DNA of 45,145 nt from Methyloceanibacter sp. (lineage in GTDB: Bacteria; Pseudomonadota; Alphaproteobacteria; Rhizobiales; Methyloligellaceae), in the NCBI GenBank assembly GCA_030669345.1, contig DAOVDX010000001.1, forward strand, positions 1 to 45,145, written 5' to 3'. Positions within the stretch are counted from its first letter, which is position 1; every line of letters starts with the position of its first letter. Positions 39,710 to 45,145 of this stretch are shown one piece after another. Both the position numbers and the translations under genes were made by a program. The notes under the pieces were generated by a model. It searched no databases, had not been told where the DNA came from, and saw only the letters and a list, made by a program, of their open reading frames with translations.

Positions 39710-41161
39710 GTGGCACATGCAGAGGCACAAGCGCAGCAACCGGACCAATGCATACCAAGCGATGCTTGGGTGAAAGTCAAATCCCGGCTACGCGGCGAAG
39801 TGGGAGAGGACGTCTACGCCAGCTGGTTCAGAGGCGTGGAGGTTGAACAGGTAGAGGGCGGGATCGTCCATCTTACGGTGGCGACACGTTTCCTGCGGAA
39901 CTGGCTCCGAACGCATTACTACGACTCCGTACTGAGGCAGGTCCGTGCCGAATGGCCGGCCACCGAGCGCATTGAATTCAGTGTCCGCCAGCCGCATTTC
40001 ACCATCGAGCAGCCTAAGGAGCAGCCCCGTGACGCCAGGCGGAGCCCGGCGCTGGCCGCGTCTGGTCTGACGCCGCTGCCCATGCCGCTGCGCACCGGCT
40101 ATGGCGGGTTTGAGGGTTCGCCGCTGGACCCGCGCCTGACCTTTTCGAGCTTCGTGGTGGTGGGCAATACGAACAAGCTGTCCCACGCCGCCGCTCAGCA
40201 GGTCGCGAACGCCTTCTCCAGCCCGCAATCGCCATTCAACCCATTGTTCCTGCATGGCAATGTTGGCCTAGGCAAAACCCATCTGCTGCATGCCATCTCC
40301 TGGGAGATCAAGCATCAGAAGCCCGAGACCGAGGTTCTCTATCTCACAGCCGAGCGTTTCATGTCTGGCTTCGTGCAGGCCTTGCGGGCCCGCGACGCGC
40401 TGGCCTTCAAAGAGAAGCTCCGCAATATCGACATCCTCCTGATCGACGACATGGAGTTCTTGCAGGGGCCGACCATTCAGCAGGAGTTCTGTCACACGCT
40501 GAATTCGCTGATCGACGGCGGACGCCAAGTGGTGGTGGCGGCAGACCGCGCGCCCACCCATCTCGACAAGCTCGACATGCGTATGCGGTCGCGGCTCGGC
40601 GGCGGCCTTGTGGCCGAGATCAAGGCCATGGACTACGAGCTCCGCCACGAGATCCTTGTGAAGCGGGCGAAAGAGGCCTGCACCGATACCAACGGTCTCG
40701 TTGTTTCCGATACGGTGCTCGCATTCCTGGCCGAGCGTCTGACCGAAAGCGGGCGCGAGCTTGAGGGCGCCGTTCACCGTTTGCGGGCGAGCTACCAACT
40801 GACCGATGAGCCGGTCAGCATTGCTGTCGCCGAACAGATCGTGCGCGACCTCATGCGCGGGGCCGAACCCCGGCGTGTCCGCATCGACGACATCCTGCGG
40901 ACCGTCTCCAAGCATTACGGGGTCAACCGCGGCGATCTCCTGTCGGGGCGGCGCAACCGGTCAATCGTGCGTCCGCGTCAGATCGGCATGTATCTCGCCA
41001 AGATGCTGACCTCCCGCTCGCTTCCCGAGATCGGGCGGCGGTTCGGCAACCGCGACCACACCACGGTGCTGCACGCGATCCGCAAGATCGAGCAGCTCAT
41101 GAGCGACGATAATCAGCTGCGCGAGGAGATCGAGCTTCTGAAGCGCCTGCTGCGCGACTAG
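39710..41161 (+). CDS. dnaA: Chromosomal replication initiator DnaA
   Basis: FNPLFLHG, GLGKTHL, LLIDD, RELEGA and domain IV SLPEIGRRFGNRDHTTVLHA. Confidence 0.97.
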   Translation: MAHAEAQAQQPDQCIPSDAWVKVKSRLRGEVGEDVYASWFRGVEVEQVEGGIVHLTVATRFLRNWLRTHYYDSVLRQVRAEWPATERIEFSVRQPHFTIEQPKEQPRDARRSPALAASGLTPLPMPLRTGYGGFEGSPLDPRLTFSSFVVVGNTNKLSHAAAQQVANAFSSPQSPFNPLFLHGNVGLGKTHLLHAISWEIKHQKPETEVLYLTAERFMSGFVQALRARDALAFKEKLRNIDILLIDDMEFLQGPTIQQEFCHTLNSLIDGGRQVVVAADRAPTHLDKLDMRMRSRLGGGLVAEIKAMDYELRHEILVKRAKEACTDTNGLVVSDTVLAFLAERLTESGRELEGAVHRLRASYQLTDEPVSIAVAEQIVRDLMRGAEPRRVRIDDILRTVSKHYGVNRGDLLSGRRNRSIVRPRQIGMYLAKMLTSRSLPEIGRRFGNRDHTTVLHAIRKIEQLMSDDNQLREEIELLKRLLRD

Positions 41162-41360
41162 AGGGATGGCGGGAGACGCCCCGGACTGAACCGGGCCTCT
41201 CTCCCCCGCCGCTCTTGCAAAATGGGTCTCGTCGCGTCAAGTTTGACCGGACTTCGGCCCGCCTCGCCTTTGGCTATAGAGGGCCGAGCCGAAGCCGTAA
41301 ACGCTTCGGGCTGGGTCATCCCAGCAAAGAAAGCGTCAATTTTCGGGGTATTCTCCAATC

Positions 41361-42479
41361 ATGCGCCTCACTATCGATAAGCCGAGCCTCGCCACGGCGC
41401 TCGCCCATGTGGCGAGCGTGGTAGAGCGGCGCAACACCATCCCCATCCTGTCCAACGTGCTTCTCGCCACCAGCGCCAACGAGCTCCGGCTGACCGCCAC
41501 CGACCTCGACATGGAGGTGGTGGAGACGGTGCCTTGCCGGTCGCAGGACGAGAGCGCCATCACCGTGCCGGCGCACATGTTTTTCGACATCGTGCGCAAG
41601 CTGCCCGAGGGCAACGAAATTGAGCTCGAGCGCGATGCCGAGCAGGAGCGGCTCGTGATCACGAGCGGCCCGGCCCAGTTCTCCTTGCAGACATTGCCGG
41701 CCGATGATTTTCCGGCGCTGAGCGTCGACGATCTGGGCCACGCCTTCACATTGGCCGCCAAAGACCTCAAGCGCCTGATCGAAAAGACGCAGTTTGCCAT
41801 CTCCACGGAGGAGACCCGCTATTATCTGAATGGCATCTACCTTCATGCGGCGGAGGCCGACGGCAAGCCCACATTGCGGGCCGTGGCCACCGACGGCCAT
41901 CGCCTGGCGCAGCTCGATCTGCCTCTACCGTCTGGCGCCGAAGGCATCCCGGGCGTGATCGTACCGCGCAAGACCGTGGCCGATCTTGCCAAGCTGGTGG
42001 AAGACGCCGATGGCGACGTCAAAATCGAACTTTCACCGTCCAAAATCCGCGTCTCGGCGGGCCGGGTGGTGCTCACGTCCAAGCTCATTGATGGGACGTT
42101 CCCCGACTATGGGCGCGTCATCCCTCAGGGCAACGACAAGCAGCTCGAAGTGGACAACGCCGTCTTCGCTCAGGCCGTCGATCGCGTCTCCACGCTGTCG
42201 AGCGACAAGGGCCGCGCTGTCAAGCTGGCGCTCGACAAAGGCAAGCTCACATTGTCGGTGAACAATCCGGAATCTGGCAGCGCCACCGAGGAACTGGCCG
42301 TCGACTATGATCTTGAGGCGCTCGAGATCGGCTTCAACGCCCGCTATTTGCTCGATATTTCAAAGCAGTTGGAGAGCGGCACGGCAGAGTTCCTGCTCGC
42401 CGATTCAGGCTCTCCCACCATCGTGCGTGACTCAAAAGATGCGTCCGCCCTCTATGTACTCATGCCGATGCGAGTATGA
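41361..42479 (+). CDS. dnaN: DNA polymerase III beta sliding clamp
   Basis: VERRNTIPILSNV, ATDLD, TRYYLNG, ATDGHRLA, IGFNARY and LMPMRV. Confidence 0.98.
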   Translation: MRLTIDKPSLATALAHVASVVERRNTIPILSNVLLATSANELRLTATDLDMEVVETVPCRSQDESAITVPAHMFFDIVRKLPEGNEIELERDAEQERLVITSGPAQFSLQTLPADDFPALSVDDLGHAFTLAAKDLKRLIEKTQFAISTEETRYYLNGIYLHAAEADGKPTLRAVATDGHRLAQLDLPLPSGAEGIPGVIVPRKTVADLAKLVEDADGDVKIELSPSKIRVSAGRVVLTSKLIDGTFPDYGRVIPQGNDKQLEVDNAVFAQAVDRVSTLSSDKGRAVKLALDKGKLTLSVNNPESGSATEELAVDYDLEALEIGFNARYLLDISKQLESGTAEFLLADSGSPTIVRDSKDASALYVLMPMRV

Positions 42480-43678
42480 GGGCTAGCCCGCACGGACAAC
42501 ATCCCGGAGAAGCAACGACGGACAAGGGAAGCAACCTTGCCCCACAACGGCTCTTCGTTAGCGCGCTGAAACTCACCGATTTCCGCAGCTACACCAACGC
42601 CAAGATCGAACTGAATGCTTCGCCCGTGGTGCTGGTCGGCGACAACGGTTCGGGCAAGACCAATCTCCTTGAGGCCGTGTCGCTGCTTGGCGGTGGCCAT
42701 GGCTTGCGCGGGCGCCCCTATGCCGAACTCTGCCGGCGGGAAGGCCATGGCGGCTTCGCCATTGCCGCCACAGTGATGTCGCGCCATGGCGAAGTGGACA
42801 TCGGCACTGGGTTTCTTCCGGGCACGCGCGAAGAGGGCGCAGGCCGGACCGTGCGCATCGCCGGCAAAGATCAAACCACCGGCGCGCTCGCCGACTATGT
42901 GCAGCACGTATTTCTAATCCCCGCCATGGACGGGCTGTTCACGGGATCGGCTTCGGAGCGGCGACGCTTCCTCGACCGCCTCGTGCTCGCTCTGGACCCC
43001 AAGATGCGAAAGCCGCTCGGCCGCTACGACCGGGCCATGCGCCAACGCAATCGCCTATTCCAGGTGCGGGAATATTCCGCCGCACTCTTTGAGGGGCTGG
43101 AGGAGCAAATGGCGGAGGCCGGGGTGGCCATCGCTGCGGCGAGACTCGATGCGGTGGAGCGGCTGACAGCGCTCATCGAGGAGACACGAGAGGCTCAAGA
43201 GGACGGCCCCTTCCCCCACGCGGTGCTCGCGCTCAACGGCACGCTCGAGACGGAGCTTTCCATGCGCTCGGCCACGGAAGCCGAGGACGCCTTCCGCCTC
43301 CTCTTGGAGGAGGCTAGAGACCGCGACCGTGCGGCGTCACGCGCTCTCGAAGGTCCACATCGGAGCGATCTATTGGTGGTTCACGGGCCGAAAAACACAA
43401 CAGCGGCCCTGTGCTCCTCGGGCGAGCAAAAGGCGCTTCTCCTCGGCCTCGTTCTGGCCAAAGCCGAACTGATCAAGGCGCTCGAAGGCACAGCCCCTCT
43501 CGTCCTGCTCGATGAGGTCGCGGCCCATCTGGATCAGGCCCGGCGGGAGGCACTTTTTGGCGAAATTCTGCGGCTTGGAGTCCAGGCCTGGATGACCGGA
43601 ACGGACCGGGAACTATTTTCGCCAATCGCACAAGACGCCCAGATTTTGACGGTGAATCAGGGTAGTATCAAAGCCTGA
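42476..43678 (+). CDS. recF: DNA replication/repair protein RecF
   Basis: FRSY, GDNGSGKTNLLEA, RRRFLD, GPHRSD, SSGEQK and LLDEVAAHLD. Confidence 0.95.
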   Translation: MRASPHGQHPGEATTDKGSNLAPQRLFVSALKLTDFRSYTNAKIELNASPVVLVGDNGSGKTNLLEAVSLLGGGHGLRGRPYAELCRREGHGGFAIAATVMSRHGEVDIGTGFLPGTREEGAGRTVRIAGKDQTTGALADYVQHVFLIPAMDGLFTGSASERRRFLDRLVLALDPKMRKPLGRYDRAMRQRNRLFQVREYSAALFEGLEEQMAEAGVAIAAARLDAVERLTALIEETREAQEDGPFPHAVLALNGTLETELSMRSATEAEDAFRLLLEEARDRDRAASRALEGPHRSDLLVVHGPKNTTAALCSSGEQKALLLGLVLAKAELIKALEGTAPLVLLDEVAAHLDQARREALFGEILRLGVQAWMTGTDRELFSPIAQDAQILTVNQGSIKA

Positions 43679-43717
43679 TTTGAGGGGCCTTAAAAGCCCG
43701 TCCGAAAAGACCAATAA

Positions 43718-45145
<1,428 letters not shown>

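Noticed and set aside
41162-41360. oriC between dnaA and dnaN
   Set aside because: The spacer is GC-rich with no DnaA boxes or AT-rich unwinding element. It holds only a GC hairpin without a U-tract and a -10-like GCTATAGA.

Overview
GC-rich core-genome window from an alphaproteobacterium. Gene order suggests Hyphomicrobiales, which is an inference. Order: 5'-truncated alpha-2-macroglobulin-pbpC; miaB-phoH-ybeY-corC-lnt-phrR/praR-metK-trmB; rimP-nusA-ylxR-infB-rbfA-truB*-rpsO-pnp; a small 4-Cys protein; fabI-fabB-fabA divergent from irr; SH3 protein; 2-hydroxyacid dehydrogenase; FAD oxidoreductase; moeB-dut-coaBC-ubiB-ubiE; mutM-crotonase-ABM monooxygenase*-rpsT; a ~570 bp non-coding region; rhodanese-dnaA-dnaN-recF-gyrB (3'-truncated, absent from the ORF track). 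I saw no tRNA, rRNA, CRISPR array or mobile element. Two signals stand out. (1) The non-coding region before rhodanese-dnaA holds an IHF-like site, an A11 tract, a sigma70 promoter, a leader closed by a perfect 10-bp anti-SD/SD helix, and five degenerate DnaA boxes at exact 11-bp periodicity. (2) Housekeeping genes show signs of decay: an in-frame TGA in truB, a frameshift plus probable nonsense codon in an ABM gene, a probable C-terminal frameshift in moeB, an extra Val in dnaA, and many C>T/G>A-type changes at normally conserved residues. This suggests early genome erosion, or damage/assembly artefact. All calls come from reading motifs by eye; no searches were run.
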